Below, piece by piece: positions 50,497-62,753 of a stretch of DNA of 64,000 nucleotides. The first letter of the stretch is position 1. Each line of letters begins with the position of its first letter. The DNA is from Macrostomum lignano (Eukaryota). The position numbers and the translations under genes were made by a program. Below the pieces are notes generated by a model, which saw only the letters and a program-made list of their open reading frames with translations, was not told the DNA's origin and did no database searches. The DNA is taken from assembly GCA_002269645.1 (NCBI GenBank), contig NIVC01001045.1, positions 117,032 through 181,031 of the forward strand. The letters are read 5' to 3'.

Positions 50497-51381
50497 ATGA
50501 AGGTTCCACGCGGTGCCGAATTTCAATACTGGCCGCGCTACATCAGCCGGCTGCTGCGTATGCAGGTGAAATACTGCGGCGAATTATTAGGCTACAAATT
50601 GGCTGTGCCTCAGCCTCAGTCTATGTACTTCGGCTTGCCAGACTCGAAGCCTCATCAGCAGAAAGATTTAGTTAATCGGCGACTGTTTGGCGCCACAGAT
50701 AAGGGCTATCCTAATTGGTCATTTAGCGAGCAGTATCCGTGGGATCAGGCTAACACCATAGCCGAGTATGTGTACCCGGATGTCACCTGGACTGTGCAGT
50801 ACCCAGACGGTAGACGCCGGGCCCAGCGAATCAGTGGTCTGACCTGGCAGGATCAGACCATCTATCCGGGTGACATCGTGGTAGTAACGGATCCTAAGCA
50901 TCCTGATTGTGTGAACGCTTCCGCTGTAGCTTCCGGCGAGATGCGCTCCGGTCGCGTGATCTATATTCAACGAATGCAACGAGCCGCCATAGTTTCTGGC
51001 CTGAATATTGATTATGTTCAGCAGGGTAATTCGCCAAACCAGCTGGGGACTGTTGCCAATCTAATCAGTCTGGACAGTCTGTCTCTGCTAGACCCGAAAA
51101 CTCAACAGCCTACTAAAGCCGAATGGCGTCAAAATGAAGCTGGCGAACTTGTTCGAGTCGCTTTGGCTACGGGGCGTATTATACCCCTACCGTTGGAGTG
51201 GGAGACTCTTGACGACCAGACTAGGCCTAGTCAGTACCTGCTGAATGAGCAGCACGATACGCCTGAAGCCGACCTGCTCAACGCCACCTATCGGCCTAGT
51301 AGCAGAACATTTGAAGAAGAGATTGACGCAGAAATGAACTTGCCAGAGCCTGGGCCAAGGCGGGAAACATTTTGGTATTAA
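50497..51381 (+). CDS. MRPL24: Mitochondrial ribosomal protein uL24m (intronless, 294 aa)
   Basis: KOW-like IYPGDIVVV, L24 segment LSLLDPKTQQPTKAEWRQNEAGELVRVALATGRIIPLP, C-terminal TFEEEI..MNL.E..RRETFWY typical of metazoan MRPL24. Confidence 0.9.
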   Translation: MKVPRGAEFQYWPRYISRLLRMQVKYCGELLGYKLAVPQPQSMYFGLPDSKPHQQKDLVNRRLFGATDKGYPNWSFSEQYPWDQANTIAEYVYPDVTWTVQYPDGRRRAQRISGLTWQDQTIYPGDIVVVTDPKHPDCVNASAVASGEMRSGRVIYIQRMQRAAIVSGLNIDYVQQGNSPNQLGTVANLISLDSLSLLDPKTQQPTKAEWRQNEAGELVRVALATGRIIPLPLEWETLDDQTRPSQYLLNEQHDTPEADLLNATYRPSSRTFEEEIDAEMNLPEPGPRRETFWY

Positions 51382-52175
51382 TTAGGGCTCAAGTGTTTGA
51401 ATACACCACAGATATTAAAATAACTGGATGGGCCACCCAGGCATGTATACTTGGTAAAGCAGCTTTCTACTTGCAGTTCAGTAGCAAAGAAGACTACGTA
51501 AGCTAATAAAGGCAGCTAAAATGACTTTGATAAGTTTAGAAGCCCAAGCTTGCAGGCGCGTAAACAACTTGCTAATTGGTTCAGCAATAATGTACATTAG
51601 CCAGCTGTCCACTGAAATGTACATGGCAGCTTTAGGCTGGAATTCCGAGAAAGGCAATAAAAATTGGGGCGGGGCGGGGGGGGTAGTGTAGAAAGAGCGC
51701 GATTGGAGGGTTTTGGAGGGGGGGGGGGTTAAGAGCCACAATATATTATTGAGCCTTGGATTTAAAATACATTAAAATGCTTCTGTTTAACTTACTACTG
51801 AACTGAAAGTAGCTTACACGCAAATGTGCTGAGTGGACCATAAAGTTATTCTAGCATCTGTAGAATGCGCTAAATTCAAAAACTTCACACCTGTTTTTAG
51901 TAGCTTAAAAAACAACAAAAACTAAAGTTAATAATAAAAGTGTTAAAGCATTTCTCAATTATGATAACAATAAAAAATATTTAGTTATTGTTTTTCTGTA
52001 ACGTTTTTATGAACTTTCTTTGCATTATTTTTTCTATTCTCATTTTCATCCTTATTTATAGAGTCGTTAAATGGCGGTTATGACATGGTGAAGCATCTTA
52101 TGATTTGAGTATACGGCATTATTATTTATAATGCAAGTATATACAAGTATCTTTTCTTGTTTATTTCCGTTCCAG

Positions 52176-53048
52176 AATCGCCGACCAAGAACCAGATCGC
52201 GCGAGTTGGCTGAGGCTTCAGCCTCCTCGTCAATCTCTACATCTTCATCTACAGTTGTCGTCCACTCGACATCGTCTGCATCGAATTCTTCATCCAGCTT
52301 TCTTGGTCTGCTATGGACAGAAGAAATACAACTGCGTCGCGCTCTGTTGCGTAGTATGCGCGATTCGAGTTCTAATGGCACTTCCGGTGTGACTTCCGGT
52401 TCTGATAGCGGCACTTCCGGTTCCAGTTGTACCACTTCCGGCGTGACTTCCGGTCCAAATTGCGGCACTTCCGGTTCCAATAGTATCACTTTCGGTGTGA
52501 CATCCGGTCCCAATCGCGACACTTCCGGTTCCAGTAGTATCACTTCCGGTGTGACTTCCGGTCCCAATTGCGGCACTTCTGGTTTCAGTAGTAACTTCAG
52601 TCAACGAAAGCGAACAATGTCGGAATCGAATTTTTCTATCACTGCAATCGACAATAAAAAGTCTAACCAAAAAAGTCGAATCTCATTTCCATCGTCAACT
52701 TACGGAATTTCCGGCTTTGCGTCCGTTAGACGTCTTAGCGAGGCTGCTCAGATTGAGCCGCAGCTTTGCGTAGATCCTGGCACCGGAAATCCGGTTCGTA
52801 CTGGCGATTTCTTAGAGTTCCTCTGCTTTCACGGCGCCAACCCGTCTGTGCCGATGCCACAGAGGTTGCGTTTTTTCGCCCTGCCGCCCAGCCAGCGGAT
52901 TCTACCGATCCAAAAGAGGAAACAGGGAATCCCTCGAGTTTCTAATGAGAACACTAATCCGAGAGGCGGGCTGTTGGAGGCTAAAAAACGCCGAAAATCT
53001 TGCGACACAATGGGAACGGTCAACGGCCAACTCTGTGGAAACGGTTAG
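52176..53048 (+). CDS. JARID2 N-terminus-like protein (UIM plus PRC2-binding motif, no ARID/JmjC)
   Basis: Acceptor ttccag|AAT in frame; GLLWTEEIQLRRALLRSMRD (52305-52364) and PVRTGDFLEFLCFHG (52791-52835) align with recalled human JARID2 [20 protein letters not shown] and KPKTEDFLTFLCLRG; start uncertain (ATG 52085-52087 spliced, or ATG 52131). Confidence 0.72.
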   Translation, partial: NRRPRTRSRELAEASASSSISTSSSTVVVHSTSSASNSSSSFLGLLWTEEIQLRRALLRSMRDSSSNGTSGVTSGSDSGTSGSSCTTSGVTSGPNCGTSGSNSITFGVTSGPNRDTSGSSSITSGVTSGPNCGTSGFSSNFSQRKRTMSESNFSITAIDNKKSNQKSRISFPSSTYGISGFASVRRLSEAAQIEPQLCVDPGTGNPVRTGDFLEFLCFHGANPSVPMPQRLRFFALPPSQRILPIQKRKQGIPRVSNENTNPRGGLLEAKKRRKSCDTMGTVNGQLCGNG

Positions 53049-53110
53049 TCCAAGATCGCTAGCAAGTAAATCGTGTTTTTTCCTGGAAACAGCTTAGATA
53101 CTGTATCTTC

Positions 53111-53358
53111 CGCTGGGAAAAATTCAGCGACGACAGGTTGATGACGAGAAGTTGACGACTAGTCACCCTGTCGTCGCCATTGGCAGTCGACCAATCAGAG
53201 GCCGATAGAAAGCAGGCAGCGAAGCAGATTTGGAAGCGCGCATTTGAACGATACTACTGAGTTGAACAAATCATACTTATTTTAGCAAATCAATAGTTAA
53301 TCGACAGGGCTGTCGTTGCTTGTCGTCAGAGTGTCGTCGCTGCAATTTTTTCCCAGCG
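53111..53358. mobile_element. 248-bp MITE with 3-bp TSD (CACTA/EnSpm-like)
   Basis: TIRs CGCTGGGAAAAATT.CAGCGACGAC / GTCGTCGCTGCAATTTTTTCCCAGCG; TTC on both flanks. Confidence 0.7.
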
Positions 53359-56255
53359 TTCCAAGCATTGGCAGTTTGGCTTTTACTTTAAGTAGTCAAT
53401 TGTTTCCTCATAGCGTTACAAACGTCAATGGCATTTTATTAATAACAATTAATTTTATTATCCACGTGATTTTTTCTTTTTTTCATTGCTTTTTTAAATT
53501 TTGCGTAGCAACTAAACGCGGTCTTGTATTATATTAATTTTGCTTTTATCTACATTTGTTGCGTATTATTATATACGAAATTGCATTTACGTGCAATTCG
53601 TGTGCTTTTTTATAATTGGTTAATAAACAATTCAATAAAAATGCTTGACTAAGTGTGGTTTTATTTAACCAGTAGTACATTTTCTCTTTATGTTTTTTAC
53701 CTTAATTATCAATTAGAATTTTAAGTAAGTGTTTCTTGTTAAAAAAATAGACTAGCAACCTAGCGTTCCCACGCGCGAGGTTAGTGTTGGCTAAACAGCA
53801 AAATGCATAACTCATTAGCAGCATACTTGTAGTACCATATTTAGGATTTTTAATAACTTAGTAGAAGTAAGTAAATTCTATACAAGAAATTACTGAATTT
53901 AAACTCATGCATTTCTTTCGTGCATGCTTAAGTATCTGAATACCCCGTGTGGTGCTCTAATTTTATTGATAACTAGAGTGGAGAAGGTAAACTGCAATTC
54001 GCGATGTGACGACCAATAAATGCCACTGAGGTGGTGATCCATCATCAACCTCTGAGGTCACGTGCAGTGATGATGCTTTACTCGGACAATAACTTGCGTT
54101 GTTTATTTGTAATTGTCAGCTCGTAAATACGCTTGGTAAGGGTTGATTTTACACTTCATCAATAACCTGAGATTATTTACAAGAAGATTCTTTAACTTGG
54201 CATCGTAAATTTATCCAAAAAACTCCAATCAGACGCTGACCATTCTAAGTAGAGTCAATGCGTATTTTTCTAGCTGAAAATTAATTCGAAAAGTAAAGAA
54301 TAAACGGTTGTTTTATTTAGATTCCGTCGTATATATATACAGTACATCAATGTAAGAAACAATTTGTAGCGCTATTTAGCTTCTTCATAGCTCTTTAATA
54401 TAGTCGCTTATCACTCACTCCGAAATTGAGCAATATTTTTTTGATTGTTATTTTCAATTTTTCGCCAAAACTATAGATGTTTACTGTGTGTCTATTTTTG
54501 TTATTCTAATAGAAGCGCCATTACGCAAATCCATCGATGTGCTTATAATGTAGTGTAGCTGATTGTTTTGATCAAGTTTAATTTAAAAAAATAATAATTT
54601 CAATATTTACTCCAGATTCTACTAATTGATATGGTTTGTCAATTAATGTGTTGCTTATTTTTTGTTGAAATAATTGCCCCTAATTATTAATCCTTCTAAT
54701 TGTAGAAGCGATTTTTAAGTTCTCTCTCGGATGAAAGCAAACCAACCAGTGACATTTGCTGTCATTTTTCTGTATCTCTCCTGTCCTTGCGTGTTTGTTC
54801 GTCATTCGCGCTATTAAATCCCATATTTTATTTAGTACGTATGCTCGTATGTATTATTTATTATTTAAGCCTAGAAATTTCGGTTAAAAGAATCTTAATG
54901 GGCCAATATTCCTATATATTATGTATCAATAGTTGTTATGGCTCATTTAGTTCTAATAAAAACATAACCTAATGTATCCATTAATAATACGTTTATTGTG
55001 TGGTCGCGGTTTCTTATGAGGATAAATTGCCTATATTATTCGATTCCGCTTATTGTAATGTTTAATTTACTTTGTAACTTTCACCACGTTATTTTATGTC
55101 ACTATCTGGTACACGAAACTTCAATTAAGATTTTAAATCATTTTAATTTAGTTTTTTTAACTTGCAAACGAAAGGTCATTTAAGGTCAAACAAATCAGCT
55201 GATTCTTGATGCCGCACGAATAATTATGGAAACTTGCTTATAAATTTCAGTGTAATATTTCGGAGTATCTTACGTTCACTGCCAGCTTTTTATTCTTATC
55301 GTTTTGGCAATCTAGTTATTGACGCTTCAATTATATTGTTTATTAATTAGAGTTTGCTGTTTCACTTTATTGTTATCGATATTTTTATTAAATCGTTTTA
55401 AATGTAATTTTTTAACTGCAACAGTTGCTGCACCTTATTCTAGAGTGTTCAATTCTCTTGAACTACATTCGTAGGGATGTAAGTACAAGATATTTTTAAA
55501 TTACCAGTTGCAGCGGTCTCTTGGATTAAAAGTTCAGTAACTAATAGTTTTCTTAGTTGTAGTAATGAGTTAACCTAATCTCTGCGAAAATTAATTGTCT
55601 GAAGTATTTTTGAGTATGTTGGATAGAAAACATTAACTAAAACTTTTTTCAGTAGTTTCTTGAATAAAGTTTCGGTAACTAATTGTCTAAATCGTTTTTT
55701 TGTGTTTTAAAATATATAAGCAAAAATAGTAGATTTGGTATTATTTTTTGAAGCTCTGATTAGTGTGTTAGATTTCTTGTTTATTTCCATTTTAAACTTA
55801 TAGCGGTCCATTAAATTCCTACTTTTTATTAACGCAGAAACGGTTATTGATTTTTGTAAGAATTACACCCACAGGCTCTAGTTCATGTTTTCCAAGTTCT
55901 CTACTTTTGTTTTCTTGTCTCCTTACTCGACAATTAGCTATCATTTAACTACATTCTACGACTATCTGTAAACAGCAATTATAAATTACTATTTTCAACT
56001 TTATTTTGAATCACCTGTAAGTGATATTTTAACAGGCAATATTTAGTCCTTGAAAATTATTTCAAGTCTCTTACAGAGTGTGCTTTTCTTAATAATTTTT
56101 TGTTCTTAATTATTATTCAAAATTAAATATAACTAATAACCTTGATTTCCTTAAATCTATGTTTTCCGTCGAAGGTGGCCAACAAAAGTTCAGCAGAGAG
56201 ATAAAGCCTTCGATAAATTAAGCTGTCGCAATTCGAAGACCGAGACAGCATCATT

Positions 56256-59200
56256 ATGTCTTCAACGTCTTCCACTGCACAGGACGATATGGAAGCAAAG
56301 TTTCGCCAATCTGAAGACAAGATTAACAAGCTCAAAGCTATGGTAATCAAAGAGAAGAAGGCTAACGCCGAATTAAAGTCCAGTTTTGACAAGTGCCAGA
56401 CTGAGCGAGACCAGCTGACTGACCAGCTAGCCAGACTGTCGGCTACAATCGGAGACCTGCAAGTTGATGCCGACGCTTTCGATGATGCTAAGCGTCAATT
56501 AGACAGCCTAAAGCATGAGAATGCTCAACTGAAGGATCAGGTTGTGAGTTTGACAAAGCAAGTTGATGATGCTCAGTCTAGTACCGATTGTCGCGTTGAA
56601 GATGTTAAGCGAGAAAACTCTACGCTTAAAGATGAACTAGCCGCCGTAAAACAACAAATTGACGCACTGAAAGCTAATGACACCAATTTGAATCAAGAAA
56701 ATGCTCAACTTATTAAAGAAATTGCAAGTTTAAAATCGCAGTTAGTCTCAAGAAGAGAATAATTCACTTTTGGATCAAATCAATGAGTTGAAATCCGAGG
56801 TTGGGCGGCTGGAGACTGTCCAACACGAAAAGGAAGAACTTAGTAAAGAAATTGCCAATCTGAAAGCAAGCGCTGATGCTGCTGCTTCTGAGTTGAACTC
56901 TATTCGGCAGGAGAGAGACGATGCACTCTCTCAAATTAATCGAATGAAGAGCCAACTAGAGACTGCAGTGACAATGAAGAACAAGTTTCTAATTTGAGAG
57001 CTGAAAATCTGGAACTTCGCAACGAGTTTTCGCAGCTTCAGGCTCAAATTGAATCAACTAAAAGCACTGCTGACGCTGTCAGTTTCGAGAGAGACGAAGC
57101 ATTGAAAGAGGTTGGTCGTATGCGCACTGAGCTTGAAGCATCAACTGATGCGGCTAGTGAATTGGCCAGCATTCGAGAGTCTAATTCCCAGTTGACAGAT
57201 GAAATAACTCGATTGAAATCTGAGATCGAAGCCTTGAATGCTGAAAATGAAGCTCTTAAGCATGCAAAGACCGACTCTGATGCTATTAACGACAGTCTCA
57301 AAAGTCAAAATGACCAGCTCATTAATGAGTTGGCTGGCTTAAAAGCAGAAATAGACGTCGCGAATGCAAGTGTTGACTCGGAAAAGCTTAAACGAGTGAA
57401 CTAACAGAAGAAATTGCCAAAATGAACTCAGAACTTGAGACAGTGAAAACCATGGGAAATAGTGAGAACACTGAGCTAGTTAGTGAGGTTTCGCGCTTAA
57501 AAGTCGAATTGGAATCAGCATTTGCCACTACAGAGTCTGTCAAGCTTGAGAATGTAGAACTTCTTAAGCAGGTTGACAGCATGAAAGCACAATTAGAAGC
57601 CGAATGTGCAAGTCACGATCAGTTGGAAAGCGTTCGAAATGAGAACGTTAACCTCACTGAAGAAGTCTCTCGTCTTCAGACTCTGATTAAAACTGCTAGC
57701 AGTGATGCTGAGTGTTTCAAGCTCAAGAACAATGAGCTTGCCGAAGAAATTCAAGAATTGAAGATAGAGCTTGAATCAGCTAATTCCAGTAACGTTCAAC
57801 TGAATGAATTGCAACGTGAGAGGGATGCGCTTAGCAATGAAGTTTCTCGATTAAAAGCGGAGCTTGAAGCCAACTCTAGCGCAGCTACCTTAGTTGAGGA
57901 CGATCGTGACGAGTTGAACGAGGAAGTAAAGAGGCTTAAGGCGAAACTTGTTGAAGTTTCTAATGCACATGAAATCGAACGGGATCAGTTAACAAGTGAA
58001 AATAATCGACTCAGTGAAGAAATTTCCAGGCTAAAAGATGAATCCAGCCAAGGTGATGACAATAAAATCAGTGGCCAAGTCGAGCCAACTGACAGTACGC
58101 CCGAAGTTTCAAGTATAAGACTCGAACTTGAAGAAGCCAACGCCGATCGAGACAGGTATGCCGCCGAAGTTGACAAACTGCTCGAATTAAATATGAAATT
58201 GTATGACGACAATGCTAAGTTGGCCAAGTCAAAAGAAGAATTGGAGGCTTTATTAGGTCCACGACCGGAGGGTGAAGGAGAAGAGAGCACATCAGCTGAT
58301 GCGGCATCTTTGAATCCCAGCTCGACTACTGACCCTGAAGCAAGTGTCGAGTTATCTAACCTGCAAGAGGAAATTATTCGATTAAGAGAAGAAAATGCGA
58401 TGCTGCTGTCGAAGAAAGAACAGTCTGAGACTTTAGAGAAAGATCCCGATGAAAATTTTCAAGATATCATTAATGAAAGAGAGGAGCTATTAGACCAGGT
58501 CTCCTGCTTGGAGAAGCAGATAAGATCGCTGGAACGAAGGTTAGATGCGTCTAGCGATATGCTTGCCGAGTCCGATCGGCGACAAGAGACCCTCGAAGCT
58601 GAGAACACGCAACTTAAAGAACTATTAGCCACATTTCAGTCTGACATTGCCGTTCTAAAGGAGGATGTAAAAGGCAGTGAGCCACGTTTGCTGAAATCAT
58701 TAATAGATATATTGGAAAACCTCAGTCAGGTTGCCAGCCAGAGACAGACGATTGACTTTCAAGAACTTCTTTCGCCTTTATCAGATGAAGCTCTTAGTCC
58801 AGACAATATCCAGCAACTTAAATCAGTCCTGGAACCTCTGGCTAATAAGCTGTCTGGTGCCGAGTTGTTAAAGGATGGTGTTGATCGATTAACTAACAAG
58901 TGCAACCACCTTGAAGAGGAATTGCAGTCGCGTGTTGAACAATACGACGAATTGGTTCGCCGACGTGATAAGTTAGCTGAAGAGGTGGACACATTGCAAC
59001 AAGCTGTAGAAAGCCAAGTAAGCATTGCTCGCGACGTTGAAATGGAGAAAAGTAACCTGCAAAGTGAGCTCCGCGAATGGCAGAACCGCGCCGAGGAGAA
59101 AGAATCCTTCCTACAGGAAGAGTTGCGCGATCTTCGACGCTGTGTCAGCACGAAGGAAGAACAGTTGGAACGATTGCAGATTACTCTGCGCCACGAGCTG

Positions 59201-60138
59201 GCGGCAAGAGATAGCGAAATTCAGCGCCTTAACGACGAGTTTGTGAACTATTCCAATCGTGCCGGAGATACGGATGAAGCTCAGTCACGAGTTTCCGCTT
59301 TGGAAGCTGAAAATGCCAGCTTGCGTGAAGCTCACGATGCTCTACATCAACGCGAAGTGGCCAGCGCTGACAAATTAGACAAGATGAAGCAGCTAATTGT
59401 AAAATTAAAACGAGAATCTGGTCCGGCAAAGGAGCAGCTTGAGCAGGCGCGCTCCGAGTCTGGCCAGTTAAAAGCTCGTCTGACGGCGCTAGAAAAAGAG
59501 CTGAGCGTTGCAAAATGCAACTTGATCAGCAGATGTCCGACCGAACAGCTGCCGAGGAAGAATTAAAGAAAGTGAAACGCGAACTTGAAGAATCTACTAG
59601 AGCTCACGAACTCGAAGTTAATCTATTGCAGGAAAGGTTGGAAGCGGCGCAGACCGGCGTCAGCCAATCAAAGATGCTTGATCTTGAACTAGCCGAGCTG
59701 GAGCGAAACGTTGACGTTTATAAAAATCTTCTCGACGATAAGGAAGCTGTATTGGCTGAAAAGGTTAATGAGTTAGCAACCATGACGGAGTCTTGTCGCA
59801 GCTTGGAAACTCAGTTACAAGAAGCTCAGTCACAACGAGCTGCATCCGAGGAGCGAGTAGGCAAGTTAAAGCAGATGCTGGTGAAAAGCAAGAAAGAGTT
59901 GGCTGAAGTGCAGAAGTCGATGCAAGAAACGGAGGAACGCTCACGCGACTCAATTAGAGAGCGTGACTGTCTGACTTCTGAAATTGACGACCTAAAATTG
60001 CAGCTTTCGTCTGCGTTAGCTCTGAAGGTTTCCACAGACCAAGAGTTAACTAATACTAAGAATCGGTTTCAGGCGCGCTTGCAGGCTACGGAAGAGAAGC
60101 TTAACTCTGCTAGAGCTAAACTAGAGCAAGCTGAGCAG
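56256..60138 (+). CDS. GCC2: GRIP-domain golgin (GCC2/GCC185-like), exon 1, long coiled coil with 4 apparent frameshifts
   Basis: Consecutive E/K/L-rich heptad ORFs chain together by single frame changes at ~56745, ~56967, ~57391 and ~59514; includes DKMKQLIVKLKRE and KLKQMLVKSKKELAE; donor CAG|gtgcgt. Confidence 0.78.
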
Positions 60139-60383
60139 GTGCGTGTCTATCTTGTGTCTTGGTTTTGACTTTTGAGTTAGTAAGAACTAAAAGTTAGAAA
60201 AGTTAGTTAGAACTAAAACATAATATTCACTAGGTACTTAGGTAAGAATGTTTTTCGCACTGGATCAGACAGGTTGCAGTGTCCGGAATCGTAGGGGTCA
60301 AGACATGTGGGAAGTCTCCCATGGCTCGCTTCATTAAACTCCAAAAAGTTACAGCCCCCAATGCTCCCCGACCTTCATCGCAG

Positions 60384-60791
60384 GCCCGTCAAACTCTTGC
60401 CGAGGACTTCGACGCCTACAAAACGAAAGTGTCGGCCGCATGGCGCGCCGAAAAGCGCCAGCCAATCGCAGCCAAGACGTCGGCTGCTGCCAACGTGTCG
60501 ACAAAGTCGGCCACTGGTGGCGAGTCCGACGCGGCTGATTCCGAGCTGCTCCGTCAACGACTCGAACAGGCCGTTGCCAGTCTCAAGGAGCAGCTGGCCG
60601 CTTCGCAGGCCGCCACCGCAGACGCTCAAGACGAGCGGGACGCGGTTGCGCGCGAACTCGATGCTCAACGACGGCGTGGCGAAACGCGCGAAGCCGAGGC
60701 TGCGGCACGCGAGGCGCGGCTTCAGGCCCGGCTGGACCAGCTGGCTGAGGCTGAAGCGCGGGCGGGCGAGCGGGCTCGGCTGGAGATGCAG
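60384..60791 (+). CDS. GCC2: GCC2-like exon 2
   Basis: cgcag|GCC CGT..., EDFDAYKTKV motif; donor CAG|gtgagc, phase 0. Confidence 0.78.
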
Positions 60792-60811
60792 GTGAGCACC
60801 CTCCTAGATCT

Positions 60812-61435
60812 TCAGTTGCTGGGCCAGCCTCCCAGTGTGTCAGTTGCTGGGCCAGCCTCCCAGAGTGTCAGTTGCTGGGCCAGCCTCCCAGAGTGTCAGT
60901 TGCTGGGCCAGCCTCCCAGAGTGTCAGTTGCTGGGCCAGCCTCCCAGAGTGTCAGTTGCTGGGCCAGCCTCCCAGAGTGTCAGTTGCTGGGCCAGCCTCC
61001 CAGAGTGTCAGTTGCTGGGCCAGCCTCCCAGAGTGTCAGTTGCTGGGCCAGCCTCCCAGAGTGTCAGTTGCTGGGCCAGCCTCCCAGATCTTCAGTTGCT
61101 GGGCCAGCCTCCCAGAGTGTCAGTTGCTGGGCCAGCCTCCCAGAGTTCAGTTGCTGGGCCAGCCTCCCAGAGTGTCAGTTGCTGGGCCAGCCTCCCAGAG
61201 TGTCAGTTGCTGGGCCAGCCTCCCAGAGTGTCAGTTGCTGGGCCAGCCTCCCAGAGTGTCAGTTGCTGGGCCAGCCTCCCAGAGTGTCAGTTGCTGGGCC
61301 AGCCTCCCAGAGTGTCAGTTGCTGGGCCAGCCTCCCAGAGTGTCAGTTGCTGGGCCAGCCTCCCAGAGTGTCAGTTGCTGGGCCAGCCTCCCAGAGTGTC
61401 AGTTGCTGGGCCAGCCTCTTGATCTCCAGTTGCTG
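60812..61435. repeat. 28-bp intronic minisatellite (GTGTCAGTTGCTGGGCCAGCCTCCCAGA)
   Basis: About 22 copies; explains the periodic tails of ORFs 60279, 60835 and 60872. Confidence 0.95.
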
Positions 61436-61671
61436 CGCTACCACCGCTGGAGTCCTCATCGGTGCAGAGTGAGATTGGATTGTCCGTATAGTGAAAATAG
61501 GGACACTGAAGTGACATAAAATATCATCCTTGGTTGCTGAGCAGTCGCTATTGTCTCAGATCCTCAGATCTTCCCAGCTGCTAATCTACTATTACTACGT
61601 GGCAAATCGTGGTGCTCCTATTAGTAATTATCAAACCAAGTAAGCCCGGCTCCGCTCTTCCCCATCCGCAG

Positions 61672-62141
61672 TCCCGCGAGCAGGCCTGGTCCCAGCTGGA
61701 GGCTGGCCTGCGCGAGCGCATCGCCGAGCTCGAGTCTCGTGTAGACAGCCTAGAAGAGGCCAATCACGAGCTGCAGTGCGCAGCTGATAAAGCTAACGCC
61801 GCCGCTGCCGCTGCAAAAGAAAAAATTCAACAGCAACAGCAACAGCAAAAGCAAACCCATCCGCCGCAGACTCCGCCGCCACCGGCACCGCCTCCTCCTC
61901 CGCCGAAGGAACGTCGACCAGCTGCTGAAGGAAGCGAGGCCACGACTTCCGTTTCCGCTGCCTCCGCCACTTCCGCAGCCACCTCGTCGCCTAGCGGATC
62001 GAGTATTGTTCCGTTAGAGCAGCTGCTTCTGATGCAGCAGCAGAAACTGCAACAGGACGGCAACAGCGGCGGTGGCGGCGGTGCAACTGCTGATTTTGAA
62101 TCTGTTGATGCCATGCGACTGGCTTTAATTAAAGCCAACAG
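61672..62141 (+). CDS. GCC2: GCC2-like exon 3
   Basis: ccgcag|TCC CGC GAG, phase 0; coiled coil, then Q/P/A-rich linker; donor AG|gtatgt, phase 2. Confidence 0.72.
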
Positions 62142-62174
62142 GTATGTTGTTTATTGACCATAGTATTGTCATGC

Positions 62175-62592
62175 TAGTGTCATAGTGTCATGACTCATAG
62201 TGTGCTAGTGTCATAGTGTCATGACTCATAGTGTGCTAGTGTCATAGTGGCATGACTCGTAGTGTGCTAGTGTCATAGTGGCATGACTCGTAGTGTGCTA
62301 GTGTCATAGTGTACGAGTACTAGGGTCAAAGTGTCATGGTGTGCTAGTGTCACACTGTACTGGTGTCATAGTGCACTAGTGTCACACTGCACTAGTGTCA
62401 CACTGCACTAGTGTCACACTGCACCAGTGTCACACTGCACTAGTGTCACACTACACTAGTGTCACACTGCACTAGTGTCACACTGCACTAGTGTCACACT
62501 GCACTAGTGTCACACTGCACTAGTGTCACACTGCACTAGTGTCACACTGCACTAGTGTCACACTGCACCAGTGTCATACTGCACTAGTGTCA
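62175..62592. repeat. Intronic ~31-bp then 16-bp (CACTAGTGTCACACTG) tandem repeats
   Basis: Directly visible; the 16-mer contains the palindrome AGTGT-C-ACACT. Confidence 0.92.
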
Positions 62593-62753
62593 TCGTACAC
62601 AAACTTTTGTAGCTCCGCTCCCCCGTTAGTTCCGCATTGACACCCCCAGTACTTTTCTCAGATTTTCAATCAGAGTAAATCTTACCTTAGTTTGGTGTTC
62701 ACACTTCGATATAACTGACTGCATATCCTCTCTCTCTGTGTCTCACTACTCAG

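Noticed and set aside
52067-52576. Minus-strand ORF with PEVT repeats
   Set aside because: It is the antisense reading of the ACTTCCGG repeat. The + frame carries the conserved motifs.
53752-53790. ACTAG...hairpin resembling a minus-strand Helitron 3' end
   Set aside because: The stem is weak and no matching 5' end was identified.
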